Positions 19,079 to 28,893 of a stretch of 64,000 nt of DNA are shown here, piece after piece (position 1 is the stretch's first letter; every line of letters begins with the position of its first letter). The translations under genes and the position numbers were made by a program. The notes under the pieces are model-generated. The model saw only the letters and a program-made list of their open reading frames with translations, ran no database searches and was not told where the DNA came from. The stretch is from IMG/VR virus record IMGVR_UViG_3300037502_003770, positions 186,001-250,000 of that record. One strand, given 5' to 3'.

Positions 19079-19104
19079 AAAGGGTACTTTTTTAAGTACC
19101 CTTT
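19079..19104. terminator. Bidirectional terminator between convergent capsid and nuclease genes
   Basis: AAAGGGTACTT-TTTT-AAGTACCCTTT stem-loop. Confidence 0.75.
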
Positions 19105-20615
19105 GTTCTTTTATAGATAAGTGTTTCAAATTTTTCTTTATTTTTTTCAAAATCGTTTTTAAAAGTAAAAATTTGTTTACTATAAGTTTTATTTAAAAAT
19201 TTACATTGATTATTTACTTTACTATATGTAAATTTTGTTAATTTAGAAGCTTCAGTCATAGACCTATATTCTGCAATAATTTCTTTTGTCTCTAAATCAT
19301 ATAAATAAACAGGCATACTTTCACCGCTTAATAATTTACTTTCTTTTATTTTATTAATAGTTTCTTCATCTCTTTTTTTACCTTCCCAAAATTTAGGTGA
19401 ATTTTCTGATAACCATTTCTTTTGTTCTTCTGTTTTTGGTCTACCTAAAACTTTAGCTGCTTCACCACGTTTTACTCTTTTATCAACATGTTCTTTAGTT
19501 TGTTTTCTACCTAAACCAGCTTTAGACATCTTTTGTCTTGTTTCTTCTGAAATAATTTTATTTCTACCACCTAAATCAATATTATAACCTATGTTTCTAT
19601 CAGTAGAATTATATTCTTTTATATAAAAGATTTCTTTTTCATTTAGTTCATTAATATCATGAGTTTCGTAAATAACGTCAAATTTAAAGTTATCAAATCC
19701 ATATTTAATAATTGCATTTTTTAAATGCTCATTACATTTTAATCTTTTATAACATGTTATTCTATGTCTTAATAAACGATAAGTTTGTCCAATATAAATT
19801 TTACCATTAATTAAATTTGTTATTTTATAAATAAGACCAGGATTTCTTAAATTAAACCTTTCTATAATATCTTCTTTTTTAGGATAAGGTTTAATCATAT
19901 GTTTAATTTTCTCATAAAAATTTTTATTTTCATATTTATTACCTATAAAATAAAAATATCTACTTTTACGAAGTTGTGTATTAAATTTAGCGTTAGGGTA
20001 AACTTTCAATACATTTTCAACTGAACTAGAACCAATCTTTTTTCTTATAGTTTTTTCTGAATAAGCTTTCCCATCTATTATAATTTTCATTCTTTTTTTC
20101 TCATTACCATACTTGTCATAATTCCCTTCCATAAGACCTACATAATACCAATTGCATGATTGATAGATTATACCTATTTCACCAGCAAGAGCGTCTGTTG
20201 TGGCTGTAATGACCTTATAATCGGTGTTTTTCTTTAACAATTTACAAACTTTTGAAATAAAGAAAGATGCTGTATTAATAGGTGTCCAATGAAGACAAAC
20301 TCCTCTTGAAAGGAGGATTATTTTTTCAAAGAAATCATATTTTTTCCAATGGTCTTTATTTGCGGAATACTCATGAGAAAAAACAAGCACACCTCCAAGG
20401 TATTCAATATTATCAATATTAAAAAATATACCAAAATAGTATATATTATAAGGTGCTAAAGCTTTAAGGTATTCATATTCTTTAACAATATTTTCAGCTT
20501 CTAAACGAGTTATTTCTTTAATAACCGTATTTTTCAAAGAAGCTTTATTTTTATCAAAAGGAAGTATTTCTTCTAATTCTTTTTCTTTTCTAATTAGATA
20601 CTGATGGCAATCCAT
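19092..20615 (-). CDS. Fusion: Mom-like (GNAT-fold) DNA modification domain + GIY-YIG endonuclease with NUMOD3/IENR1-like DNA-binding tail
   Basis: aa 1-245: LSRGVCLHWTPINTASFFIS, TDALAGEIGIIYQSCNWYYVG, KSRYFYFIG...KPYPK (Mom-like); from aa 260: LIYKITNLINGKIYIGQT, LNEKEIFYI, GYN; ISEETRQKMSKA; PVYLYDL...YRSMTEAS. Confidence 0.85.
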   Translation of the reverse strand: MDCHQYLIRKEKELEEILPFDKNKASLKNTVIKEITRLEAENIVKEYEYLKALAPYNIYYFGIFFNIDNIEYLGGVLVFSHEYSANKDHWKKYDFFEKIILLSRGVCLHWTPINTASFFISKVCKLLKKNTDYKVITATTDALAGEIGIIYQSCNWYYVGLMEGNYDKYGNEKKRMKIIIDGKAYSEKTIRKKIGSSSVENVLKVYPNAKFNTQLRKSRYFYFIGNKYENKNFYEKIKHMIKPYPKKEDIIERFNLRNPGLIYKITNLINGKIYIGQTYRLLRHRITCYKRLKCNEHLKNAIIKYGFDNFKFDVIYETHDINELNEKEIFYIKEYNSTDRNIGYNIDLGGRNKIISEETRQKMSKAGLGRKQTKEHVDKRVKRGEAAKVLGRPKTEEQKKWLSENSPKFWEGKKRDEETINKIKESKLLSGESMPVYLYDLETKEIIAEYRSMTEASKLTKFTYSKVNNQCKFLNKTYSKQIFTFKNDFEKNKEKFETLIYKRTKGT

Positions 20616-20679
20616 ATATTTTTATTACAATTTATTTTATATTTAAACGGATTTATACTATTAAAACTGTCTTTTTTTG

Positions 20680-21414
20680 TTAAATTTTATTTGTATATTT
20701 AAGAATTTTTTCTATTAGGTCTTTTCTATATTGTATAGGATATACTTTTACATTACCATCATTTAATAAATGAAAAATACTTAATTTATCAATAGATACT
20801 TTTTCATTAAGTTCGGTCATATAAGCATAGATACTTAATTGCAGGGTATAAATACTTATTTCACAAGAAGGAAGTATTTCTAAGGGAGAAAGCATTGTTT
20901 GATTATAGTTATTATCTATTCTTAATTGTTTATTAGTTTTCCAATCTAGGATAGATACTTTATTATTCTTTTTATATACTTTAATATCGGCAGTACCAGC
21001 TAAACCAATATCTTTATTATGAATTTTTGATTCAGCTAGTACAAGTTCGCATCTTTCTTTAAGTTTTAAATTTTCTAAAAAATCAATATACTTTTGCATA
21101 ATATCTTTTTCAATAAAAGGATTTTCTTCAAAGGAATAAGAATCTTTTATAAGATATTCTTCTAATGTATTATGAATTAAAGTACCTTTATCTGTTGATT
21201 TTTTATTTTCTATTTTCCATTGATTTAATATTTCTTCTTTAGAAAGGTTAGTATATTTAGGGTTAGTTTTAGAATAAGCACATTTAGTTGACCAATAATC
21301 TTCATCAAAAGGTGTTTCAAATTGGTGAATAAAATTAGTTACTCTTTCATAGAGATTTCCTTCTTTATCTTGATACTTATTTAGTGTTTCATTTAAGAAT
21401 AGTTCGTTATTCAT
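20680..21414 (-). CDS. PD-(D/E)XK family exonuclease
   Basis: KGTLIH, AES, LAGTADI, ILDWKT, LQLSIY motifs in canonical order. Confidence 0.88.
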   Translation of the reverse strand: MNNELFLNETLNKYQDKEGNLYERVTNFIHQFETPFDEDYWSTKCAYSKTNPKYTNLSKEEILNQWKIENKKSTDKGTLIHNTLEEYLIKDSYSFEENPFIEKDIMQKYIDFLENLKLKERCELVLAESKIHNKDIGLAGTADIKVYKKNNKVSILDWKTNKQLRIDNNYNQTMLSPLEILPSCEISIYTLQLSIYAYMTELNEKVSIDKLSIFHLLNDGNVKVYPIQYRKDLIEKILKYTNKI

Positions 21415-21436
21415 TTAAGATAGATATTTATAAAAG

Positions 21437-21470
21437 AAAAACCATCTTTTTATTAGGAAAGATGGTTTTT
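21437..21470. terminator. Intrinsic terminator downstream of endolysin
   Basis: AAAAACCATCTTT ... AAAGATGGTTTTT stem. Confidence 0.7.
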
Positions 21471-21489
21471 TTAAAGAAGTTAATTTTAA

Positions 21490-22038
21490 TTAAAGTTTAA
21501 CATAAGTTGTACCAGAGATAAATTCTCTTTTATTTCTTTTTTCATTTAATTGAGATACTGTATGACCAAATGTTTTTTCAAAGTGTGGCGCATCTTTAAA
21601 TGATTTCCAATCTCCGCCCCATATCCAGTTATATTTTTTAAATACTTCAACAACTTCCATCCAATCAGGTTTTTTATCATTATCAAAATCTTTTCTCATA
21701 TCCCAAGATACTTCTTTATTATCAATTAATAAACAGAAATCTAAAGCAAGACCAAAGTTATGAATTGATTGCCATTCTCTAGCTCTTGTAACAACTTTAT
21801 TTTGAGCTGCGGTAATTGGTCCCATATTAGCAGCTTTTCTTAAAGAATTAACAGTTGTTAAATTTTGTCTTCCTTGAGCAAATAAGGCTCTTTGCTCAGC
21901 TTCGGTTCTTAGAGTATAAGTAAATCTTACTTCAGCTCTACCTGTTAATTTAGTACATATTTCTTTATATATTGTTTCAACTTCTTGTCTAACAGAAGGG
22001 TGAAGGGTTTGTATTCTTTGTAGAGTTATACTGTCCAT
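21490..22038 (-). CDS. Endolysin, M15 family L-Ala-D-Glu peptidase
   Basis: RTEAEQRALFAQGR, SIHNFGLALDF, WGGDW, DAPHFE; CTATTTA at 22057-22063 (minus). Confidence 0.92.
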   Translation of the reverse strand: MDSITLQRIQTLHPSVRQEVETIYKEICTKLTGRAEVRFTYTLRTEAEQRALFAQGRQNLTTVNSLRKAANMGPITAAQNKVVTRAREWQSIHNFGLALDFCLLIDNKEVSWDMRKDFDNDKKPDWMEVVEVFKKYNWIWGGDWKSFKDAPHFEKTFGHTVSQLNEKRNKREFISGTTYVKL

Positions 22039-22343
22039 AATAAAAATCTTTTATTATAAATAGTATTTATTACTAATTCAATTAATAATCTTATTTTAAA
22101 TTTAGATGTTTTTGGTATATCTCTGTAAGATACAGGTATTTTCTTATTTTTTATGATATAAAGTGTTAAATAATAATAAAACTTATAATTATAATATTTT
22201 TTATTTTGTATAAAGAAATAATATTCTGATGGTAGTAGACATTTTTTATTAGTATAAATATCTTTTAATTTTATATTAAAATATAAATAACATCTTTTAT
22301 TCTCAAGATAAATAAAGTTATCATTAAATAGAATTATATACAT
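22026..22343 (-). CDS. Small paralog-array protein
   Basis: N-terminus MYIILFNDNFIYLE shared with four neighbours. Confidence 0.65.
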   Translation of the reverse strand: MYIILFNDNFIYLENKRCYLYFNIKLKDIYTNKKCLLPSEYYFFIQNKKYYNYKFYYYLTLYIIKNKKIPVSYRDIPKTSKFKIRLLIELVINTIYNKRFLLWTV

Positions 22344-22364
22344 AAGTTTAATTAATATATTAAA

Positions 22365-22781
22365 TTACCAACGCTTACATAATTTATATTCTTCTATAAT
22401 TCTTTGTTTTAAATCAGAAGGTACAAAATTAATAAGGTCCTCATGAAATGGATAGTTGTCAAAATTAATTTTACAAATTTCATAATCTATGAAAGAATCG
22501 GGAACAAAATCAATACAAAAAATAGAATTTTTTACTAGTGTTTTATAAAAAATACGATTAATTTTAGTAGTATTAAATTGTAACATTGAAAAACTTATTG
22601 CTGAAATAATATAGTTATCTGATTTTGATAATGTTGTAAGCGTATTAAAATACATTGAAATAAAGTTTTTACAAACATTTATATTATCTATAATTTTTGT
22701 TCCGACTGGAAGGTTGAGTCTATCAAAATCAAAATATGTTTCCACATAAAAGAAATTATCATTAAATATATTTATTCTCAT
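22365..22781 (-). CDS. Small paralog-array protein
   Basis: MRINIFNDNFFYVE; C-terminal FVPDSFIDYEICK resembles a DUF4116-like repeat. Confidence 0.65.
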   Translation of the reverse strand: MRINIFNDNFFYVETYFDFDRLNLPVGTKIIDNINVCKNFISMYFNTLTTLSKSDNYIISAISFSMLQFNTTKINRIFYKTLVKNSIFCIDFVPDSFIDYEICKINFDNYPFHEDLINFVPSDLKQRIIEEYKLCKRW

Positions 22782-22993
22782 AAAATTAGATTTTGGTTAA
22801 AATAATATTGATATTTAATACGTGAAAGTTCTTTAAAACTATAAATACTAACAAGTCTTAATTTACTTTTTAAATCAAAGTTACAATAAAAACAAAAATC
22901 ATTAATTTTTAATTCTGTTGATAATGTAGCACCATATGAAGTTAACCATTCATTATAATAACGATTATTTTTAATTTGTATTGTTATTTTCAT
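22778..22993 (-). CDS. Hypothetical small protein
   Basis: Tightly packed in same-strand array; MKITI start. Confidence 0.5.
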   Translation of the reverse strand: MKITIQIKNNRYYNEWLTSYGATLSTELKINDFCFYCNFDLKSKLRLVSIYSFKELSRIKYQYYFNQNLIL

Positions 22994-22999
22994 TATTTG

Positions 23000-23206
23000 T
23001 TAAATAGGTTTATAATATTCATTAACAATAAAAATTTTATTAAAATAAGAATAAATATGTTCACAAATACCTGATTTATCATTAAAACTGGATAATGTAA
23101 TTGCAACAATATTCATTAAAAGTAAATTTGAAACCATACTTTTAGATGTTATATAATAATTCTCTCTATAACGAGAATTTACGTATAATTTAATATATAT
23201 TTCCAT
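23000..23206 (-). CDS. Hypothetical small protein
   Basis: MEIYI start shared with 23219-23410. Confidence 0.5.
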   Translation of the reverse strand: MEIYIKLYVNSRYRENYYITSKSMVSNLLLMNIVAITLSSFNDKSGICEHIYSYFNKIFIVNEYYKPI

Positions 23207-23218
23207 AATAAAAAGTCA

Positions 23219-23410
23219 TTAAATATAAAAATTATAAAAAGTAATTATAAACCTTTCATACGTATAATTTGTAAAAGTATTATTTATTCTTATAAATTGT
23301 TCTCCAATTAATTTTTTGTTAGATGAATATAATAAGTAACTAAAATTATTATTTCTTTTATCATATATTTCATTATAAGTTGTTATATTATTATTAATGT
23401 ATATTTCCAT
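23219..23410 (-). CDS. Hypothetical small protein
   Basis: MEIYI start; overlaps upstream stop. Confidence 0.5.
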   Translation of the reverse strand: MEIYINNNITTYNEIYDKRNNNFSYLLYSSNKKLIGEQFIRINNTFTNYTYERFIITFYNFYI

Positions 23411-23804
23411 AATTTGTTAATTTATTAAATAAATCTTCAGTATATAGATAATCTATATCATATTCTTTTTTTAATCTACGTCTAAGTCCCTTTGATAATT
23501 TTCTTAAATCAAAACCAAATCTTATCATATTATTATCATGTCTAACTTTTTCTTTAAAAAGTTCATATTTAAATTTAGATATTCTAGGTATATATTGAAG
23601 CATAATAAAATAACTATTTTTTATAATAAATGAAACAGCATAAAAGTAAATATTTTTATTACAATAATCTTTATTTGGTATAAAGTTTGCAACAAAATTA
23701 CCATTATAATTTTTATTATAAAATATATATCTATTAAAGTAATAATAGTTATTTAAGTTACTTTCAATATAAATATAGTTATCATCAAAAAGTATTATTT
23801 TCAT
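23394..23804 (-). CDS. Small paralog-array protein
   Basis: MKIILFDDNYIYIE; YIPRISKFKYEL. Confidence 0.65.
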   Translation of the reverse strand: MKIILFDDNYIYIESNLNNYYYFNRYIFYNKNYNGNFVANFIPNKDYCNKNIYFYAVSFIIKNSYFIMLQYIPRISKFKYELFKEKVRHDNNMIRFGFDLRKLSKGLRRRLKKEYDIDYLYTEDLFNKLTNYGNIH

Positions 23805-24311
23805 TTATATATGAATTTTATTTTCTAAATAATATGTATTGTCGTATGTACGATGTGTGAATATGTGAGTGTCTTTATGATTTTTTTCTATTTCATCTTT
23901 TACTAAGTAAAGTAGTTTTCTATTAATATATCTTACTTTTGTTCTAGTAGAATGATTAAAAACATCTTTATTTAAAAGACAAGCTATTACAGATAGTTCT
24001 AATTTATATATAGAATTATTAGGTATATGATTTACATAAAAACAATAATATCTTTTACTTTCAAAAACACTTATAGCTATTTTTTTATATAATTTATGGT
24101 TACATAAATCTTTATTTTCTAAAAAAACATAATCATAAAAACAATCTTTATTATTTCTTAATTTATCATCGTCATAATGAAAAAAACTATAATAATATTG
24201 AAGTGAATTTATATTACAAAATATATAACTTGTTCGTTTATTATCTTCAGTTATATGAAAATATTTATTTTCAATATAAATAATATTTTCGTTAAAAATG
24301 ATTATTCCCAT
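23805..24311 (-). CDS. Small paralog-array protein
   Basis: MGIIIFNENIIYIE; HIPNNSIYKLEL. Confidence 0.65.
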   Translation of the reverse strand: MGIIIFNENIIYIENKYFHITEDNKRTSYIFCNINSLQYYYSFFHYDDDKLRNNKDCFYDYVFLENKDLCNHKLYKKIAISVFESKRYYCFYVNHIPNNSIYKLELSVIACLLNKDVFNHSTRTKVRYINRKLLYLVKDEIEKNHKDTHIFTHRTYDNTYYLENKIHI

Positions 24312-24709
24312 ATATTTAATTTATATAAATCAGTTTTATATTTAACATTATATTCTTTTTTTAATTGTCTTATTAAACTAATAGAAATATAATCTAATAT
24401 TAGTTTATCTTTAAGAAAACAATATTTTACTAAATCATATTTATATTTATAAAATTCTGGAATATGATTGATAAAAGGAATATGATAATCAAGAAAGATT
24501 TTACATAAATTAAAAAAGAATTTATATTTCCAAAAATATATAGTTTTTAAAATTTTAGGTATATTGTAGTTATAAGTTTGTAAAGAGTTGTATAAATTTT
24601 TATCTTTACTAAGAACTGTATAGATATTAAAATATAAATTGTTAATATAATTATTATGTAAACCATCTTCTACATAAAGAAAATTATCTGTAATAATTTC
24701 TATTTTCAT
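24302..24709 (-). CDS. Small paralog-array protein
   Basis: MKIEIITDNFLYVE; HIPEFYKYKYDL. Confidence 0.65.
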   Translation of the reverse strand: MKIEIITDNFLYVEDGLHNNYINNLYFNIYTVLSKDKNLYNSLQTYNYNIPKILKTIYFWKYKFFFNLCKIFLDYHIPFINHIPEFYKYKYDLVKYCFLKDKLILDYISISLIRQLKKEYNVKYKTDLYKLNIWE

Positions 24710-25924
24710 TTAAAAACCTATTTTATTTTTTGATTTAGTAGGTATTTGAATATCATTCAAATCTTGATAATTAAATATATCTGAAAGGGCTGTCGCTTCT
24801 GTAAATTCTACATCATTTAATTTAAGTTCTTTTGCTACTTTATTTGCATATTCGGGTGTAAGTTTTTTAAATTCGTGTTGAATTTTTAATCTACCTGGTC
24901 TAGTAATAGCATCATCAATATTTTTAATATCAGTATTAAAAGTTAAAATAAATTTACAATTAACTACATCAGAAAGCATACCATCACCCATATTTAATAT
25001 TAAAGAAGTAGCGTTACCTGAATGATTTTCTTCTCTTGGTTTTATGATTTCTTCAGCATCTTCTACAATTATAATAGAATTAGCACATTCAGTAATAATA
25101 TAATGTAAACAAGAAGGGTCAGATAAATAAGGAACAAAATCTTTTGTTATTAAGAAAAAGTTTTTATTTATTAAAGAAGTTAAATATCTTAGGTAAGATG
25201 TTTTACCAGTACCTTTGTGCCCATGAATTAAATATAAACCACTATTATTATCTGATAAAGATTTAACTATCTTTTTGTGTTTATCGTTAAATCCTTCACC
25301 ATAATAAGTATTAAGATTTATTTTTAATCTTTTAATAGGGAATTTTCTACTATAAAAACCATTTTGCCCTTTAAGAATAAGATTTATTTTAGATTGTTTT
25401 CTTTTTGAAGAAGATTTATTCATTAAATCTTCAAAATATTTTATTAAAGTAAGATACTCTTCTTGTGAAAAGTTGTATAAATAAACTTCTTGATATTTAC
25501 GAATAATCTCTTTTTTATCATCCAAAGATATAGCGATTTCTAAAACTTTGTTAGGTCTTTCTTTACTATAGATATATCTTTTGATTTCTACATCATCTTC
25601 ATCTTCTGCATGTTCATCTTCGTATTCTTGTATAATTGAGGAAGGAGGTGAGATATTCTTACTATCTTTAATTTCAATATAACCAAAACTAGTATTCATT
25701 ATATCAGACATATTGAATTTTTCTGAAAGAAATTTCAAAAAATCTTTTAATTCTAAAGTAGGGATATCAGGTATATAAATCCTGTACCCTGAAAAGAATT
25801 CAGGGTCAGGATTTGAAAGACTATTTTTAATTACTAAATCATGGATAATACTAAAATGAGCATTAGTATGTGATAAATCATAACTTTTTTTAAGTATTTC
25901 ACTATTAATTTTATCTGTATTCAT
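24710..25924 (-). CDS. AAA+ ATPase
   Basis: Walker A GHKGTGKT, Walker B IIIVEDAE, second region of homology TFNTDIKNIDDAITRPGR. Confidence 0.92.
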   Translation of the reverse strand: MNTDKINSEILKKSYDLSHTNAHFSIIHDLVIKNSLSNPDPEFFSGYRIYIPDIPTLELKDFLKFLSEKFNMSDIMNTSFGYIEIKDSKNISPPSSIIQEYEDEHAEDEDDVEIKRYIYSKERPNKVLEIAISLDDKKEIIRKYQEVYLYNFSQEEYLTLIKYFEDLMNKSSSKRKQSKINLILKGQNGFYSRKFPIKRLKINLNTYYGEGFNDKHKKIVKSLSDNNSGLYLIHGHKGTGKTSYLRYLTSLINKNFFLITKDFVPYLSDPSCLHYIITECANSIIIVEDAEEIIKPREENHSGNATSLILNMGDGMLSDVVNCKFILTFNTDIKNIDDAITRPGRLKIQHEFKKLTPEYANKVAKELKLNDVEFTEATALSDIFNYQDLNDIQIPTKSKNKIGF

Positions 25925-25933
25925 ATTGTTTTA

Positions 25934-26167
25934 TTATTTAAGAAGTTCTAATATTTCTCTATATCTTTCCATTTTTTGTAATTCAAATATACTCATTTCT
26001 GAATCTAAAATATAAAATACTTTTATTAATAGTTCACTTTGTAATATATCTTTTTCTTTTCGTAGCCTTTCTTTCTCACTTATTACGCTACTAGCATCAC
26101 GAAATGAATCACAATAATTGATTGGTTTACCTTCATCACATGATATTTTTTTAAAATTGTTTTCCAT
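25934..26167 (-). CDS. Hypothetical protein
   Basis: 77-aa ORF filling the gap between pnkp and the ATPase. Confidence 0.6.
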   Translation of the reverse strand: MENNFKKISCDEGKPINYCDSFRDASSVISEKERLRKEKDILQSELLIKVFYILDSEMSIFELQKMERYREILELLK

Positions 26168-26172
26168 ATTTA

Positions 26173-28893
26173 TTATAATCTTGGGTCAATTTGTGATTCT
26201 TCTTTTAATTTTAAATGTAACTTACACATAAGGTTAAAATAATCTTTATTATCTATGTTTAAATCAGAGTATTTAATATCTAATAAACTTTTACTTAAAG
26301 AAAATTCTTCTATTGAAGTTCTAAGTTTTTTATTTATTGATTTTTTATTAAGTAATTTATTGTATTTAAATTCACTTAAATAATCATGACCATAAACAAT
26401 AGTTAGATAATTTTTATTTCTACATTTTAGATATGGAGCTATATTGTTATTATAGACATATTCAGGTTTAATTACAACACCTTCCATATTCTGATTTTGT
26501 GTAAGTATATTATAGAAGTTATTAATATTTGTTAATAAATCATTTTCATTATTAGTAATATTTTCTCCTTCAATAAACGCTTCACAAGTATTAGTATTTA
26601 AATCTGCAATAAGATATGTTTTTTGTTTTAAAACATTTGTAAAAATATCTATATTACTTTCAGAACTACTAATCATATTTTTTTCTTCTCCATTATTATA
26701 AACTATTTTTAAAATAGAGAATGGTTCAATAGTAGTTTCAACTTCTTTAGAATAAATATCTAATTGATTTTTATAATTTTGAAGTAAAGATTTATTTTCA
26801 TCAAGAGATAAATGTTGTTTATAATAATTTCTATAATTAGAATAAGTGTTGTTTATGTTATTACCTAATAAATCAGATAATTCTTTTTTATTACGGTCTT
26901 TACTGATAGTATTATAATCTACTGAATTAAAACTATCTTTTATTGAAGAGAATATTTTTTCAAATCCTGTTTTTTCTAAGAAAGTATTTTCTTCTTTAAT
27001 AACATTATAGTACTTATCAAAATTATTATCAATTAAACCATCACTTAATAAAGACCAAGGCAATAATTCACCATCTCCAATTATTAAGTTAATATTATTT
27101 TGTTTAAAATAATCTTCAGTAAAAATAGTATATAATTTAGAATAAACATTACTTAAATCTTTATTTTTAATAATAAAACCATTTCTACTAGTACAATAGT
27201 TTTTATCAGAGTTTTCAGGATTAAATAAATAGAAATTACATCTTGAACCCATATATTTAGGTTGTAGAATTAATTTATTAATATTTTTATTTCTAAAATA
27301 TTCAATACCTTCTTGTAATGATTCTATATCATTATCTAATTTATTAGTAGGAGACATTGTTCCACTAATAAAGTTTACTTTATTTAGATTAATAAGTCTT
27401 TTAATCTTATTTAAATCTTTAGAATCGATATATTCTGTATTAACATAATTACCTACTTCTTTAATTAAACTAAATAAAATTTCATTTTTATTTTCGTAAT
27501 TAGAATCTACCCAATTTATTAAAGGTTTAAAGCTTTTAAAAAGACTTATTGAAGATAATCTTTTACCATAAACAGAGCCAGTATCAATAAAAATTCTATT
27601 TTTATTAAGAGAAACCTCATAAAAATTAATATGTCCATTAATTACTTTAATAAACGAGTGTTCAGACGTTTTAAAGATAGGTGATAGTAATTCATTAATT
27701 AAATTATTAGTCGCCTCATAATCGATTTCTGTATCGTTTACGTAGATTTTCTTAGGATATCTGAAACCACCTTTAACTTGATTACTTATTGAAGTATTAT
27801 CTACCTTTAAAAGATACTTATTTTCACAAGGAGCGTGATTTAAAATAAAATAATCATTATATAAGAAAGGATAACAAATAGTATCAATAATTTCAAAGAA
27901 TTTATTTCTACATTCCTCATCAGATTGTAAATAAGGAATAGAACTAAATTTTTCTAAAACATCTTTTTCAGTATTATTAATTTCACCTTTTAAATATTTA
28001 TATACAAAATTTTCATGATTACCTAAAGTAATTTTAATATTATCTTTGTTTAAATATATAAAGTCAACTATTTCTTTAGTATTAAAACCTTTATCTACAA
28101 AATCACCTATTAAAACAATATTAGATTTTATTTCTTTACTAAAAGCTTCTTTAATTAAAGGTTGAATGATATTATTTTCATCTATTATAAACCCATTTTT
28201 TAGAATAAGTCTTTTTAATGAATCCACATCCTCATGCACATCACCAATAACAACATATTCTTCATCATTACTTAATTTATAAGTTTGATATTTATCATAA
28301 TCATCTATTACTATTTCAATATTTTGAAAACTTTCTAATGATTTTACTTTAAAAATAGAACCATATTTAGATTTACTTATATTTGTAGAAAGTTCTTTCT
28401 TTAATTTAAGAACATGGTCTGAAGTAGTTCTATTAGCTCTTTTTCTATGTTCTTCTGGATAATTACTTATATTAGAAAAATAATCATTTCTATTATTGTA
28501 ATCAAAAACAACTAATTTAAGATTATAATTATATTCTTTACAATAAGAAACAATACTTTCTCTAAAACGAGGGTCAATTGCGGTAGAATTAATAATTACT
28601 AAATCAGCATTATTTGGAAAAGAAAGAGTATTTTTTAATTTATCAAATAATAAATTAAATGGTTTACTTCCCATAGTAAGATATGTTTCATTAAATTTAT
28701 CATATTCATGTAAACTACCTAAAATTTCATTTCTAATATTATCAGTAGATAATACGTGTACATTTTTAAATTCTGGGTATTTTTCTTTTATTTGAGGAAG
28801 TAATACATTATTAGTAAAATAATCTTTTCCACAAGAAGAAGGTCCAACATACATTAATACTGTATGATATTTAAGATTAAGAATATTTTTCAT
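26173..28893 (-). CDS. pnkp: Polynucleotide kinase-phosphatase-ligase (bacterial Pnkp type)
   Basis: N-terminal P-loop GPSSCGK; metallophosphoesterase GDVHE, GDFVDKG, GNHE, GH, DTG; ligase motifs QPKYMGSR, DGELLPW, EGVVIKP, KCR; ends IDPRL. Confidence 0.9.
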   Translation of the reverse strand: MKNILNLKYHTVLMYVGPSSCGKDYFTNNVLLPQIKEKYPEFKNVHVLSTDNIRNEILGSLHEYDKFNETYLTMGSKPFNLLFDKLKNTLSFPNNADLVIINSTAIDPRFRESIVSYCKEYNYNLKLVVFDYNNRNDYFSNISNYPEEHRKRANRTTSDHVLKLKKELSTNISKSKYGSIFKVKSLESFQNIEIVIDDYDKYQTYKLSNDEEYVVIGDVHEDVDSLKRLILKNGFIIDENNIIQPLIKEAFSKEIKSNIVLIGDFVDKGFNTKEIVDFIYLNKDNIKITLGNHENFVYKYLKGEINNTEKDVLEKFSSIPYLQSDEECRNKFFEIIDTICYPFLYNDYFILNHAPCENKYLLKVDNTSISNQVKGGFRYPKKIYVNDTEIDYEATNNLINELLSPIFKTSEHSFIKVINGHINFYEVSLNKNRIFIDTGSVYGKRLSSISLFKSFKPLINWVDSNYENKNEILFSLIKEVGNYVNTEYIDSKDLNKIKRLINLNKVNFISGTMSPTNKLDNDIESLQEGIEYFRNKNINKLILQPKYMGSRCNFYLFNPENSDKNYCTSRNGFIIKNKDLSNVYSKLYTIFTEDYFKQNNINLIIGDGELLPWSLLSDGLIDNNFDKYYNVIKEENTFLEKTGFEKIFSSIKDSFNSVDYNTISKDRNKKELSDLLGNNINNTYSNYRNYYKQHLSLDENKSLLQNYKNQLDIYSKEVETTIEPFSILKIVYNNGEEKNMISSSESNIDIFTNVLKQKTYLIADLNTNTCEAFIEGENITNNENDLLTNINNFYNILTQNQNMEGVVIKPEYVYNNNIAPYLKCRNKNYLTIVYGHDYLSEFKYNKLLNKKSINKKLRTSIEEFSLSKSLLDIKYSDLNIDNKDYFNLMCKLHLKLKEESQIDPRL

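Noticed and set aside
20680-21414. Cas4/CRISPR adaptation role
   Set aside because: No Fe-S cysteine cluster and no CRISPR context; a generic phage PD-(D/E)XK exonuclease fits.
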